DNA of 64,000 nucleotides, taken from contig JAXHNP010000005.1 in the NCBI GenBank assembly GCA_034520365.1, forward strand, positions 6,474 to 70,473, in the 5' to 3' direction. Positions within the stretch are counted from its first letter, which is position 1; each line of letters starts with the position of its first letter. The notes beneath the pieces are model-generated. The model had not been told where the DNA came from, did no database searches, and saw only the letters and a list, made by a program, of their open reading frames with translations. A program made the position numbers and the translations under genes. This document shows, piece by piece, positions 48,469-57,819 of the stretch. The DNA comes from Desulfobacterales bacterium. Its GTDB lineage: Bacteria > Desulfobacterota > Desulfobacteria > Desulfobacterales > Desulfosalsimonadaceae.

Positions 48469-49965
48469 TTAAAAGCAGAGCCGCCCGCCGAAATGCGAAA
48501 TCGAAAACGACGAGCCGATAGACGAGTACACGCAGAACGGACCCGCGGGCGCGCCGTAATACACGTACCCGCCGAAAGGAGCGACCCGCCAGCCGGAATC
48601 TGCATCACTGTCGTAAAAAGTGTAATAATAATCGCACAAATAAGTCGCTGACCCGCCGCCAGTTGATACCGGCCAGAACCCGACCGCATCCACCACGTCC
48701 GTAATGTAGCCGTCAGACTCGGCCAGGCTGCCGGCCAATGTATAATTGGTATCCGTGTCATCCGCATAATTTTCATAATTGCCGCATGTATAGAGCCGCG
48801 ATCCATTGGCTGCGCTGTTGTGGATATTGGCCGCGTCAATAAACTGCCAAATGTGGCCATACCAGTTTTCGATGCCCCGATAGCTCATGTACTGCGTGGT
48901 TCTGACGCATTCCCACGTAACCGCGCCGTCAACCACCGTATTGCCCAGGGTGGTCGGCCAGGTCGGCTCAGTCGCCCCGGTGGTCCCGGCAGATGTCACG
49001 CGGTAGGTATAGCCGGTCTGCGAGGCGTCCGGAATGCACTCATCCCCTAAGCTGTACGCTGTCTCCGCGCTCCATTTATTTACGGCCCACGTATCGTTTC
49101 CGGTAGCGTTGCCGATACCGTTTGAGTTGCCGCCCAACGCCTGCGGCCCACCTGGCCAGGCAGCATAATCCGTGATGCCCGCGCCGATTTTATCCTGGGC
49201 GTTAAGATCCGCGTACTCTGTAACGTAGAGCAGATTTACCGCCGCCCACAAATTGGCATCTAATTGATGCCAGCCGCTGCCCCGGTTTTCCGCCAATGTG
49301 CGGCCATCGCCGCGATCGAAATCAACGGCCGGCAGAACACCGGATACAGACGCCATCTGATCGTTAGCTGTGTCCCAGCCCACGTCGCCGCCCACATAGC
49401 CGGATGCCGAATCATCGTATATATTGGCCTGATATGCGCCCACATAACGATAATCAACCGAGGCCCCGGCCTTGGTAAACGCCGGGTGTAGAGATGCCTC
49501 CACCTCGGAACTATCCGGCAGAGTCAGCGTAAACGGCCCGTCAGCCACGAAAAAATAGCGGTAGTCGCTGTATTGCGCCTGGACATAGTAAAAGTCCGGA
49601 ATCTCCACCATCACCTGGCCGTCCGTGCCATCCAGCGTGGCCGCATCGCCATTGGCTTTTTTAGTGGAGTCCGAAGCGCCCAAATAATAGTTTACCGTGC
49701 CGCTGTCCTGCAGCACGCAGCGGCGCATCTGCTCCTGCACCGGAAAGGTCGTCACGTCCTGGCCGATAAACGTGCCGGAGTCGATTATTCCCTCGGTGTA
49801 CGTGTCGTTTGCCTGGTCCCAGCGGACGCCGTATGCGATCGCAGACTCCTCGGCACTGCTCTCATGCCAGCGCGTCCCGTGCCATCCGCTCTCCCCGTTC
49901 CAGGCCGCGGCCTGAAACGCGGCGGCAAATACTAAAAAAATTGATAAACATATAATTTTCCGCAT
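48469..49965 (-). CDS. DGR target (variable) protein with C-terminal C-type-lectin-like VR region
   Basis: The VR occupies the last ~38 codons (RVAPFGGYVYYGAPAGPFCVYSSIGSSFSISHFGGRLCF). N-terminal hydrophobic signal-like segment MRKIICLSIFLVFAAAFQAAAW. TAATG coupling to the upstream gene. Confidence 0.85.
   Translation of the reverse strand: MRKIICLSIFLVFAAAFQAAAWNGESGWHGTRWHESSAEESAIAYGVRWDQANDTYTEGIIDSGTFIGQDVTTFPVQEQMRRCVLQDSGTVNYYLGASDSTKKANGDAATLDGTDGQVMVEIPDFYYVQAQYSDYRYFFVADGPFTLTLPDSSEVEASLHPAFTKAGASVDYRYVGAYQANIYDDSASGYVGGDVGWDTANDQMASVSGVLPAVDFDRGDGRTLAENRGSGWHQLDANLWAAVNLLYVTEYADLNAQDKIGAGITDYAAWPGGPQALGGNSNGIGNATGNDTWAVNKWSAETAYSLGDECIPDASQTGYTYRVTSAGTTGATEPTWPTTLGNTVVDGAVTWECVRTTQYMSYRGIENWYGHIWQFIDAANIHNSAANGSRLYTCGNYENYADDTDTNYTLAGSLAESDGYITDVVDAVGFWPVSTGGGSATYLCDYYYTFYDSDADSGWRVAPFGGYVYYGAPAGPFCVYSSIGSSFSISHFGGRLCF
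48473..48588 (-). repeat. DGR variable repeat (VR), the 3' end of the target gene
   Basis: Gap-free alignment to the TR at an offset of 159 nt, with 21 mismatches, all at TR adenines. Confidence 0.9.
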
Positions 49966-50852
49966 TACTGCACCCCCAGTCGCGTGGTCAGGGTTACGCT
50001 GTCAGATAAGCCCGTCTCGGTCGCGTTGATTTGAATATATGGGGCCAGCATCAGATCCGAAATCGGAAACGCGTCGTTTCCGTCCGAGGCCGTTCCGGCG
50101 GTATTGGTAAGCCCGGTCTCGATGTCGTTTCCCTCGGAGGGCTCCACAAACGTCCCGTCTTCCCCGGTCATTGAGACCAAATACTCAAATTTAACCGTGC
50201 CGTCTCCGGTGATAGCCACCTGCAAAGAAAAATATCCGGCCGCCTTGCCCACGTAGATGGCATCCGAGGTGGCTGAGCCGCCCGCCGCGATTGTGGTTCC
50301 ATCAAACAGCGTATAAACGGTGGTGCGCGGGCCGGTGTCAAAATTGCCGATGTCCAGGCCCTGGCCCCGGCGGTCCAGTTGCAGCACGCGAATTTGTCCG
50401 TCGGAAACGGTCTCATCAAAATCGATGATCAATTTATCCGCCACCGCCCGGATATCGTCAAAATTCCAGCGCGAGTCGGCCGGTATCGGTGTGGCCGGCG
50501 TGTTTGTCCGGCTGCCCCAATATACTGACAACGCCGCGTCCGAATCGTTTATCACCACAACCGTATCAGCGGCCGTATCAACAGATACTTCGGTGCCGGA
50601 TGCGGTGATCGACGCCTGGGCGATCACCGGATTATAGCGCGGCGCATCGCTCGTTTTGGTTAAATTGTCGATGTCATAGTATTGGTAGGTCTGGCCGGAT
50701 TCGCCCGGGGCGAGCTGTATAGTGCGGCCGTCGGTTGACTCGATGCTGATATAGCCGTTCGAGTCGTTTCGGTAGGTGGCCGCGTCCGCCATGCCGGCGC
50801 CGAAAACCATAATCAGCGCCAAAATAAGTATTAAATATCTGCTGTTTTTCAT
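49965..50852 (-). CDS. Hypothetical beta-rich protein with signal-peptide-like N-terminus (tail-distal module)
   Basis: ATG 50852 (MKNSRYLILILALIMVFGAGMADA) follows GGAGG. The track start at 50864 abuts the upstream stop. Confidence 0.6.
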   Translation of the reverse strand: MKNSRYLILILALIMVFGAGMADAATYRNDSNGYISIESTDGRTIQLAPGESGQTYQYYDIDNLTKTSDAPRYNPVIAQASITASGTEVSVDTAADTVVVINDSDAALSVYWGSRTNTPATPIPADSRWNFDDIRAVADKLIIDFDETVSDGQIRVLQLDRRGQGLDIGNFDTGPRTTVYTLFDGTTIAAGGSATSDAIYVGKAAGYFSLQVAITGDGTVKFEYLVSMTGEDGTFVEPSEGNDIETGLTNTAGTASDGNDAFPISDLMLAPYIQINATETGLSDSVTLTTRLGVQ

Positions 50853-50864
50853 AAACGCCTCCAT

Positions 50865-53573
50865 TTATATTTCGATCATCTCAAACTGTTTGGCGGCATC
50901 CGAGCGGTCGCGACGGTCGATGACGCGGAATTTATCGGTTTCGGATGTCACCAGGTTTAAAAGCGCGTTGTCTAAGGCGGAGCCCGAATCAAACGAGAAC
51001 TGCACCACGTCGCCCGGCTCCAGGGCGGTCAGAAAATAGCCGCCGGCAAACTCGATCACCAGCTTTTGCGCGGCCCGGCGCGAGACCTCCCAGTCCAGCA
51101 CATCCTGGGCCTGGGCCTCGGACCCCTCCGGAATGTATGGGTAGCTCCGCTCATCGCCGTATAACGTGCCGTATTTGGTCACGCTGGCGCTGTCAGTTTT
51201 GGTGACGGTTTTTCGGTCCGCCTCCCGGTCATCCGAGAACCCGGACCAGTCGCGCGCATAGCGGGCGGTTGCGGTATTTACGATATCGGCCCGGTTGGTG
51301 CGCTTGACCCAAATCTGCCCCAGGTCGATCATGTGCTCGTAGATGATTTTATCCACCGAGGGCGCATCCGCGGCATAAACCAGCTTGTGCACGCCCGCGG
51401 CCCAGAACTGGACGGATTTGGCCTGGTGCGCCACCCGGTTCAGCAGTTTGGGCAAGCTCGGCGGCTGCAGGATGGGAAACGCCAGTTTATAGCCCTCGGT
51501 GTTATAGGTGCTGCCGGCGGCCGCATACGCGGTAGCGTCAATCCGGGCGGCGGCCAGGCCGCACCGGTCGGTCAGCATGTGCTCGGCAATGTGGTCCGGC
51601 CGCTCGATCAGGGCGCCCGCCGTGCCCGTGATCGTGCCGCTGCCGTCATCTAAAAATCCGTCCACGTCCGCGGACACCCGGCCCCCCAGCTTGGCATCAG
51701 CCATTGAGTTGCCGCTGAGCTCGTAATCCGCCGAAAAGTCGTCCGTGCGGCAGCGCTGCACCGCGGACAGGATCACGAACTCCTCGCCCCGGCCGAACTC
51801 ATCCAGCCGGCTTTTGGTTTTAGCGATCGATGTCTGCCAGGCGGACTGGGGCAGGTATATGGTGCCGGCCATCAAGTTGTAGCTAAGCGTTTGCCCCAAA
51901 ATTTTTACGGGCTGCCCGCCGATTGAATACACTCGGGGTTTATCGCTTGTGATCCGATCCCCGGTAATGGTTAACGCCCAGCGCACCTCGATCACAATGT
52001 CTGACAAATTGCCGGACGGCGCGGCCGGAAACGAAACAGACGCGCTGTCATCCACCGTGGTTTGGCTGGTATGGGCGCCCACCGGCAAACTCGACGCCTC
52101 TTTTTCCACAGTTTTTCCCTGCTGCTCAAGCTCGGATACGGTGGATACGCAGGTAATCTCCGCTTTTTGAATAATCAGCGCATACGTGCCATATCCGCTG
52201 TGCCGCCAGGTTTTGGTTTTTTCCGCACTGGCTGGCCAGGAATCTTTGGGCACTTTTAAAGGGGAGCTGGTTTCCTGGACCAGATCCCCGGCCTCATCCA
52301 CGTATGCCACCTTTTGGCCGTCAATGTAGAAGGGCAGGCCGCCCTTTGGGATTTTGCCGGACGAGCTAAAGAGCTTCAAGGTGCGCAGCTCGAAATAGTA
52401 ATTCACCACGATTTCGGATAGGGTCCCGGACGGCGAATCCGGAAACGTGATGGTCGTGGTGTCGTCAAAATCGGCCACCACCCCGTTTTTATCGACCGCT
52501 TTAATATAGCCGATGGGAAGCCCCGCCACCCGGCGCGACAGTGCAAACCCCGTGTTATTTGACAGGGATGTCGGGTCCGCGGTTAGTATTTTGGAGAGCT
52601 CGTCGAACACCACGCAGCCCATGCCGGGGTGGCTGACGTGCTCATCTCCGCTTTGCCCCGTATAGACCGTATATTCCGAGGCCATCTGCCGCACGTCCGC
52701 CACATACACATCATTTATGGCCTTTATCGCATGGCCCAGGGCAAACACGTATTCGCTCTTTTTCTCCCCGATCATGGCGCCCCATTTGTGGGCAACCGCC
52801 TCGGTGCTGTTTGCGCCCCGGGTAATGCCGGTCAACTGCTTGCCGGATTTTCCGGTCCAGGTGATTTCCTCAGAATCAATCACCGCGGTGCCGGATGCGG
52901 AAAACCGGTCGATATCCCCGGTCAGCTCAAAAATCACATCATCTGCGCCCACCGCCTCGGCCAGGCGCGTGATCGGCCCCACGTCAATGGCCATCATGGG
53001 CACCCGCCGGGCGCTGCCATAGACCTGTGGCAGCATCTTGCCGATGTCATCCGGATCGGCTGACGGATACGTGTCCGCATCCACCATGTCATGGGCAAAT
53101 TTGGGTGAGAGCCCGGCGGAAAACCCCGTGACAGAAAGCGTCACCCGGGGCTGATCCATGTTGATCAGGTCCTCGATATGGCCGGCAAAAATATCCACGG
53201 CATCCCCGGCCGCATCCGCGCCCTCAAAAATCTCAAAAATTTTTAGATCGGCAAACGTCAAATCGTAATCGGCCAAAAGCCCCACAAACCGGTCCGCCCC
53301 GCCAACTGGCGTATTGTTGTCAATCACCAGGTCCGTCTCCGTGGCCTGGGTATCGAAAAACGGGGGCCGCATTTCGCCGCACCGAATCGCGCCCCAGGAA
53401 ATGACCAGGGGCTCATAGACCGCGCCGTTATATACGCACTCGCTGCCCGCCGCGCCAAACACCCGGTCGCAAAGCCGCAGCGTCAGGCCGGAAAGCGTAA
53501 TCTCGCACAGCCGGACAATGGAGATACCGGGCGCATCCAAAGCGGTTTCGGTATTTGCGGACAGGGTTTTCAT
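50865..53573 (-). CDS. Large phage tail tip / central fibre (host-specificity-like) protein
   Basis: 902 aa, positioned after the tape measure and small tail proteins. The N-terminus (TETALDAPGISIVRLCEITLSG...LRLCDR) resembles the conserved N-domain of siphovirus tip proteins. Confidence 0.55.
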   Translation of the reverse strand: MKTLSANTETALDAPGISIVRLCEITLSGLTLRLCDRVFGAAGSECVYNGAVYEPLVISWGAIRCGEMRPPFFDTQATETDLVIDNNTPVGGADRFVGLLADYDLTFADLKIFEIFEGADAAGDAVDIFAGHIEDLINMDQPRVTLSVTGFSAGLSPKFAHDMVDADTYPSADPDDIGKMLPQVYGSARRVPMMAIDVGPITRLAEAVGADDVIFELTGDIDRFSASGTAVIDSEEITWTGKSGKQLTGITRGANSTEAVAHKWGAMIGEKKSEYVFALGHAIKAINDVYVADVRQMASEYTVYTGQSGDEHVSHPGMGCVVFDELSKILTADPTSLSNNTGFALSRRVAGLPIGYIKAVDKNGVVADFDDTTTITFPDSPSGTLSEIVVNYYFELRTLKLFSSSGKIPKGGLPFYIDGQKVAYVDEAGDLVQETSSPLKVPKDSWPASAEKTKTWRHSGYGTYALIIQKAEITCVSTVSELEQQGKTVEKEASSLPVGAHTSQTTVDDSASVSFPAAPSGNLSDIVIEVRWALTITGDRITSDKPRVYSIGGQPVKILGQTLSYNLMAGTIYLPQSAWQTSIAKTKSRLDEFGRGEEFVILSAVQRCRTDDFSADYELSGNSMADAKLGGRVSADVDGFLDDGSGTITGTAGALIERPDHIAEHMLTDRCGLAAARIDATAYAAAGSTYNTEGYKLAFPILQPPSLPKLLNRVAHQAKSVQFWAAGVHKLVYAADAPSVDKIIYEHMIDLGQIWVKRTNRADIVNTATARYARDWSGFSDDREADRKTVTKTDSASVTKYGTLYGDERSYPYIPEGSEAQAQDVLDWEVSRRAAQKLVIEFAGGYFLTALEPGDVVQFSFDSGSALDNALLNLVTSETDKFRVIDRRDRSDAAKQFEMIEI

Positions 53574-54026
53574 TTATGACACCGTCCCCACGGCGCGAAA
53601 ATACACGTGGTAAGTGCTCCCCCCGTCAAAATTTACTATTTGCCAGTTGGCCGTGCCGTCCGTGTCCGTTGCGATAAGCCGCACCTCAATGGGCAGGGTG
53701 ATCGCTGTGGTAATCATGCCTTTTCCACTAAAAGACGACATGCTCCAGTCTGTCTCCGCTTTGATGTCAACCCATGATCCGCCGGATTCCCGGTACTGGA
53801 GCTTAATGGAATCAAATTTTTCACCAGTAGCGTTGTTGTCTTCGACTTTAAAACTAAAATCATATTCTAAAAATATAGTCGACCCGTCGTGGCCCGGATT
53901 AAAAACCGATTGAAAAAACACATGGTCTGTAAACCCGGAATCAATATCCTCGCTTGCATAAGTAGCATCGCCTAACTTTAACGCGGCCGGCTCCACAGAT
54001 TCATAAAAATCGAAAAAAACAGTCAT
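53574..54026 (-). CDS. Phage tail-associated hypothetical protein
   Basis: 150 aa, start/stop-coupled on both sides within the tail module. Confidence 0.5.
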   Translation of the reverse strand: MTVFFDFYESVEPAALKLGDATYASEDIDSGFTDHVFFQSVFNPGHDGSTIFLEYDFSFKVEDNNATGEKFDSIKLQYRESGGSWVDIKAETDWSMSSFSGKGMITTAITLPIEVRLIATDTDGTANWQIVNFDGGSTYHVYFRAVGTVS

Positions 54027-54757
54027 AGCAGCTCCTCCACGCTCGCCTGCACCCAGGTGTGCGTCTTGTTGGAATAGATTTTTCGGGGCGGCTCAACAAA
54101 TTTGGCCAGAAACCAGTCGCCAGCATGGTCACAGAAATAAAACGGCAAACTGTACTCATCCAAATCATCCATTGCGGATAAAAACGCGGTCAAATTCGCC
54201 GCGGAAAGCGCCATCTGATAACTCCGCCGCCGCCGGGCCTCGCCCATTTTCGTGGAGCGGGTAAGCCCGCCCGCGGTCTTTTGCCAGCGCACGTTCGGGG
54301 CCGCCTCCGCCTCGGGCGCGGGCGTTGCCAAAATATCGTGGGTCCACTTTTCCCCCATCCAGATTTCGCCGCATCTTGGGTTTTCCATGCTGGACAGGGT
54401 CACCCGCCAGTAGCGGTGTGTGGCCGCCGCGGAAAGGGTTTTTATGATCCGGGTGTTATCCCCCTGGGTCCAGCCGGCGACCGCGTTTGACCAGGCCGCG
54501 TCATCGTCTGAGTATTCCCAGGTCAGATCCTCGCCGGAAAAATTGTGCCGGAATATGGCCAGAAAATCCGCATCCAGGATATCCGCCGCCCCCTGGTCCG
54601 CGTGAAAGGTGATTGCCCCGGTGCCGGTCCATTTCCAGTACAGGCTCACCTGGCGGTCGTAGAGGCGCGCCTCGGGAAACCCCGTGTCCGGGTCGCCCGT
54701 CACCGTGATGGTGGCGTCTTCCAGCAGATTTTTGGTGACAAATGATATGTTCGCCAT
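54023..54757 (-). CDS. Putative distal tail protein
   Basis: 244 aa, the first gene after the tape measure. Assigned by position only. Confidence 0.45.
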   Translation of the reverse strand: MANISFVTKNLLEDATITVTGDPDTGFPEARLYDRQVSLYWKWTGTGAITFHADQGAADILDADFLAIFRHNFSGEDLTWEYSDDDAAWSNAVAGWTQGDNTRIIKTLSAAATHRYWRVTLSSMENPRCGEIWMGEKWTHDILATPAPEAEAAPNVRWQKTAGGLTRSTKMGEARRRRSYQMALSAANLTAFLSAMDDLDEYSLPFYFCDHAGDWFLAKFVEPPRKIYSNKTHTWVQASVEELL

Positions 54758-54781
54758 ATCGTCTTAATCCTACCCTTTTAT

Positions 54782-54805
54782 GGCGGGCACGGTGGCCCGC
54801 CCTAC
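54782..54805. repeat. Hairpin repeat family A (GGCGGGCACGGTGGCCCGCC+CTAC)
   Basis: 7-bp GC stem GGCGGGC/GCCCGCC with loop ACGGTG. Further copies are listed separately. Confidence 0.85.
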
Positions 54806-54829
54806 AAAATACGTCCGCCCCGGCCCTCG

Positions 54830-54874
54830 CCCTCTCCGCCGCCGGCGGGGAGGGTTGGGGTGGGGTGGGTGAGG
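54830..54874. repeat. Hairpin repeat family D (CCCTCTCC...GGAGAGGG + TTGGGGTG(R)GG tail)
   Basis: CCCTCTCCGCCG/CGGCGGGGAGGG stem followed by TTGGGGTGGGGTGGGTGAGG. Confidence 0.75.
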
Positions 54875-54886
54875 TGGCCCGCCCTG

Positions 54887-57655
54887 CTAATTCTTCCGCC
54901 GCTCATCCTCGTCCAGGGCCTGCCGGATCTCCCGGGCCACGGCCCGGGCGGCAAACGCATCCCCGCTCATAAACGTCGGGGCCACGGTGACGTTAATATC
55001 CCCGCCGCCCATTATGCTGCCGGCCGATCCATTGGTTTGGCCCTTGCCACCGCCTAAAGAACCGGCTGACACCGCGGGCTTTATCTCGTTTCGCTCCCGT
55101 ACCAAAGAGCTGCCCTCGCGAAGCGCCCGGCTCTGATCCGGGTTTAAGACGATTTCGCCCTTGTGGCCCTCAAACGCACCGGTCCGGGGAAGGCCCACAA
55201 GGCCGGTACCGGTCTGAAAGCTAAAAAAATCTGATAACCTGTTCCCGCCCTCAAAACCCATATCAGACAGCTTCTCTTTATCTTCTTTTGAAAAATCGCC
55301 GCCGCCGGCTTGTTTAGCCCACAATCTTTGCTGGATTCCCCTTTCGGCGTTTGAAAACCAGCCGCTCATTTTATTCATAGCTTCTTGCCCGGACTGCCGG
55401 GTGTTATACTCGGCCCAGGGGCTGATCTGCGATGCCTGGGATACGGCCAGGGCGTAGTCGTGCTGGAGCTGGGCCATAACGCCTGCGTGCTGCTGCTTTA
55501 GTTTTTCCAGGGCGGAGATGGCCGGATCGATATTGACGTTGACATCCATGATTTTGGTCACCGATCGCCGGGTGTTTTCCGCTTCGGCCTGCACCTCTTC
55601 TTCCGCCTGTTTGGCCTGGCTGTTGTCAACCTCGGGGTTTATGGGTTCGCCTTCGACCTTATGCTTAACATCGTCGTACCACCCGCCGATGGCGTTGATC
55701 GGTTTTTTTAAATCTTTTAAATGCCCTTCGGTTTCTTCCGCGCCTTTTTTGGCAGAGCTTCCCATTTTTTCGGCCGCATCGCCGACACTGTTCACGCTGT
55801 CTGCCACCTTGTCCGTTTCCTTGTTCAGCCGCCCAAACTTGTCAATGGTGCCCCCGGCCTGCTCGCCCACGGATTTTATCCACTTCTCAAGCGAGGAGAG
55901 CTTTTCCTCCGCGGCCGAGGTGTCCGCATCCACGGTCAGCACCCGGCGCTCGCCTTCAACATAATAGACCAGCTCCTCCACCTTTTTTTTGCCGGCCGTA
56001 GTGTCCGCCGTGACGTTGGCCTCGGCAAGCAAATCTTCGGTTTTGTTTTTAAACTGGTATACTTCGGCCTCGGCATCCGAGGTGTCCGCGGTAACATTGG
56101 CTTTGGCATCAAGATCCTGGGTTTTGTCCTTTAACCGGCCCACTTCAGCCTCGGCATCCGAGGTGTCCGCGGTGACTTCAATGGGGTTTTTCTTTACGGT
56201 TGCGGCTGTCTCTGCGTGCTTGCCGGCGATTTTATCCGATCCGGCCATCACGTCCTGCACCAGGCCCTGATAGTCCCGGGAAATAATTTTCCAGGCAAAC
56301 CCCATTTTTTCGGCCCAGGAGTTGGCTTTTTTTATCGCTTTATCCAATACGCCGAGCAGCTTTCCCGCCGCTTCGGCCACCGTGCCGATGTCTTTGGCCA
56401 TCGTGCTTAGCGCATTGATCAGCTTGTCGCCTTTTTCAGCCACCACCGCAAAGTCCAGCTTGGACAAATCGATTTTATCGATCCACTGGGTAATTCCGGA
56501 CAGCCAGTCCGAGATTTTGACGGTGATGAGCTCTTTGTTAACCTTCAGCCATTCACTGGTTTGCGTCACCAGGTTTTTAACCGTCGGCGCCAGATCCTCG
56601 CCGATCTCAATGGCGATCCGGCCCACGGTGTTTTTAAACGTGTCCCAGATGGCGTTAAGCGTATCTTTGAATGTATTCCAGGTCTCTTCCAGCGCCCCTG
56701 CCTTATTTTTCTGCGCGTCCAGGGCGTCATTAAAATATTGCATATTTTTAGATAACAGCGAGGTGGCTGCGGCTGCGGCCTCGGCAGACCCGAACAGCTT
56801 TTCAATTTTTACCGCTGACCCGCCGGTTGCCTTTTCAATCCGCTCAAGCACGCCGGCTAAACCCACTTGTTCGATGGCCCGCATGGTCCCGCCCATGTCT
56901 TTAAACAGCTCATTAAGTTCATCGGTTGGACTGATAAGCTCCCGGAACAATGCTCTTAACTGAGTCGCGCCTTTTTCCGTCGTGCCGGACATCTGGGACA
57001 CCGCCGCAAGGGCGGACGATGTCTCTTCAAGCTTCAAGTTCATCGCGTCTGCCTGCCCGGCTATTTCTCCGAAATAATTGGCTAAAAGTCTGACTTCCGT
57101 CATACCGGTCTGCTCAATTTTCATCAGCGAGTTGGCTGTTTCCTTGGCGCTTGTATCAAACGCCTTCATACCTGAGGTCACCGCCTTAACCGCCGTGGCC
57201 TGGTCAAGGTGGGCGGCCTTGGCCAGCTTGGCCGAGGTAACGAGCACATCAATGGCGTTTTTGCCTTTTTTAATCCCGGCAGATAATACCTGATAATAGC
57301 CGGCGACCATTTCCGTGGCAGATCCCAGCTCAGACGGCAGCGCCATAATCTGGTCTTTAATCGCGCCCAAAGAATCCACGCCCAAATTTTTAAGTTTGGC
57401 CAACTGGGTCTCAAAGGTGGCAAACTGGCCGATGGCCTTTTTTATGCCCCAGCCCGCAAACGCGGCTGCGCCGGCCGCGCCCACGGCAGTCAGCTTTCCG
57501 GCCAGCTTGGCCGCCTTTCCGGCAATGCCGCCGATTTTTCCGGAAACCGTGGACGCTTTGCGCCCGGCCGTATCCAGGCTGGAGTTAAAGCTTTTAATCG
57601 AGGCCGTGCCCTTGTCATCGACCACGAGCTCGTATCTGAGTTTTGGGTCAGCCAT
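54887..57655 (-). CDS. Tail tape measure protein
   Basis: Long helical protein with a TMP core (GSATEMVAGYYQVLSAGIKKG...) and an internal tandem segment (VTADTSDAEAEV... x2). Start trimmed to ATG 57655 (MADPKLRYE), because the track ORF runs into the heptamer array. Confidence 0.85.
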   Translation of the reverse strand: MADPKLRYELVVDDKGTASIKSFNSSLDTAGRKASTVSGKIGGIAGKAAKLAGKLTAVGAAGAAAFAGWGIKKAIGQFATFETQLAKLKNLGVDSLGAIKDQIMALPSELGSATEMVAGYYQVLSAGIKKGKNAIDVLVTSAKLAKAAHLDQATAVKAVTSGMKAFDTSAKETANSLMKIEQTGMTEVRLLANYFGEIAGQADAMNLKLEETSSALAAVSQMSGTTEKGATQLRALFRELISPTDELNELFKDMGGTMRAIEQVGLAGVLERIEKATGGSAVKIEKLFGSAEAAAAATSLLSKNMQYFNDALDAQKNKAGALEETWNTFKDTLNAIWDTFKNTVGRIAIEIGEDLAPTVKNLVTQTSEWLKVNKELITVKISDWLSGITQWIDKIDLSKLDFAVVAEKGDKLINALSTMAKDIGTVAEAAGKLLGVLDKAIKKANSWAEKMGFAWKIISRDYQGLVQDVMAGSDKIAGKHAETAATVKKNPIEVTADTSDAEAEVGRLKDKTQDLDAKANVTADTSDAEAEVYQFKNKTEDLLAEANVTADTTAGKKKVEELVYYVEGERRVLTVDADTSAAEEKLSSLEKWIKSVGEQAGGTIDKFGRLNKETDKVADSVNSVGDAAEKMGSSAKKGAEETEGHLKDLKKPINAIGGWYDDVKHKVEGEPINPEVDNSQAKQAEEEVQAEAENTRRSVTKIMDVNVNIDPAISALEKLKQQHAGVMAQLQHDYALAVSQASQISPWAEYNTRQSGQEAMNKMSGWFSNAERGIQQRLWAKQAGGGDFSKEDKEKLSDMGFEGGNRLSDFFSFQTGTGLVGLPRTGAFEGHKGEIVLNPDQSRALREGSSLVRERNEIKPAVSAGSLGGGKGQTNGSAGSIMGGGDINVTVAPTFMSGDAFAARAVAREIRQALDEDERRKN

Positions 57656-57679
57656 TGTCGCTACGCTCCGCTTCGCTCC

Positions 57680-57819
57680 GGTGGTCGGTGGTCGGTGGTC
57701 GGTAAACGGTGGTCGGTAGTCGGTGGACCACTGACCACTGACCACTGACCACTGACTACCGCCCACTGACCACTGACTACCGCCCACTGACTACTGACTA
57801 CCGACAACTGACTACCGTT
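57680..57819. repeat. Heptanucleotide tandem array with a polarity switch (about 7 x GGTGGTC-like, then about 13 x CACTGAC-like)
   Basis: Strict 7-nt register from 57680. GGTGGTC units run to 57728, and CACTGAC/TACCGCC units run from 57729. The two halves are near reverse complements (GGTCGGT vs GGTCAGT). Confidence 0.85.

Larger units (their letters stand above)
46786..49965 (-). mobile_element. Diversity-generating retroelement cassette (target - TR - RT - small ORF)
   Basis: See the TR/VR features and findings. Confidence 0.9.

Noticed and set aside
48430-48472. Hairpin/cruciform expected just 3' of the VR (as described for the BPP-1 DGR)
   Set aside because: I could not find a convincing GC-rich stem in the 43 nt between the VR and the TR, only a short ATGCGT x2 direct repeat. 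The absence may be real, or the structure may be beyond what I can see by eye.
57656-57787. N-terminal 44-aa extension of the tape measure ORF (MGGSQWSVGGSQWSVVSGQWS...)
   Set aside because: The extension is just the heptamer array read in frame, starting from a non-ATG codon. A properly placed ATG (57655) gives a normal TMP N-terminus.
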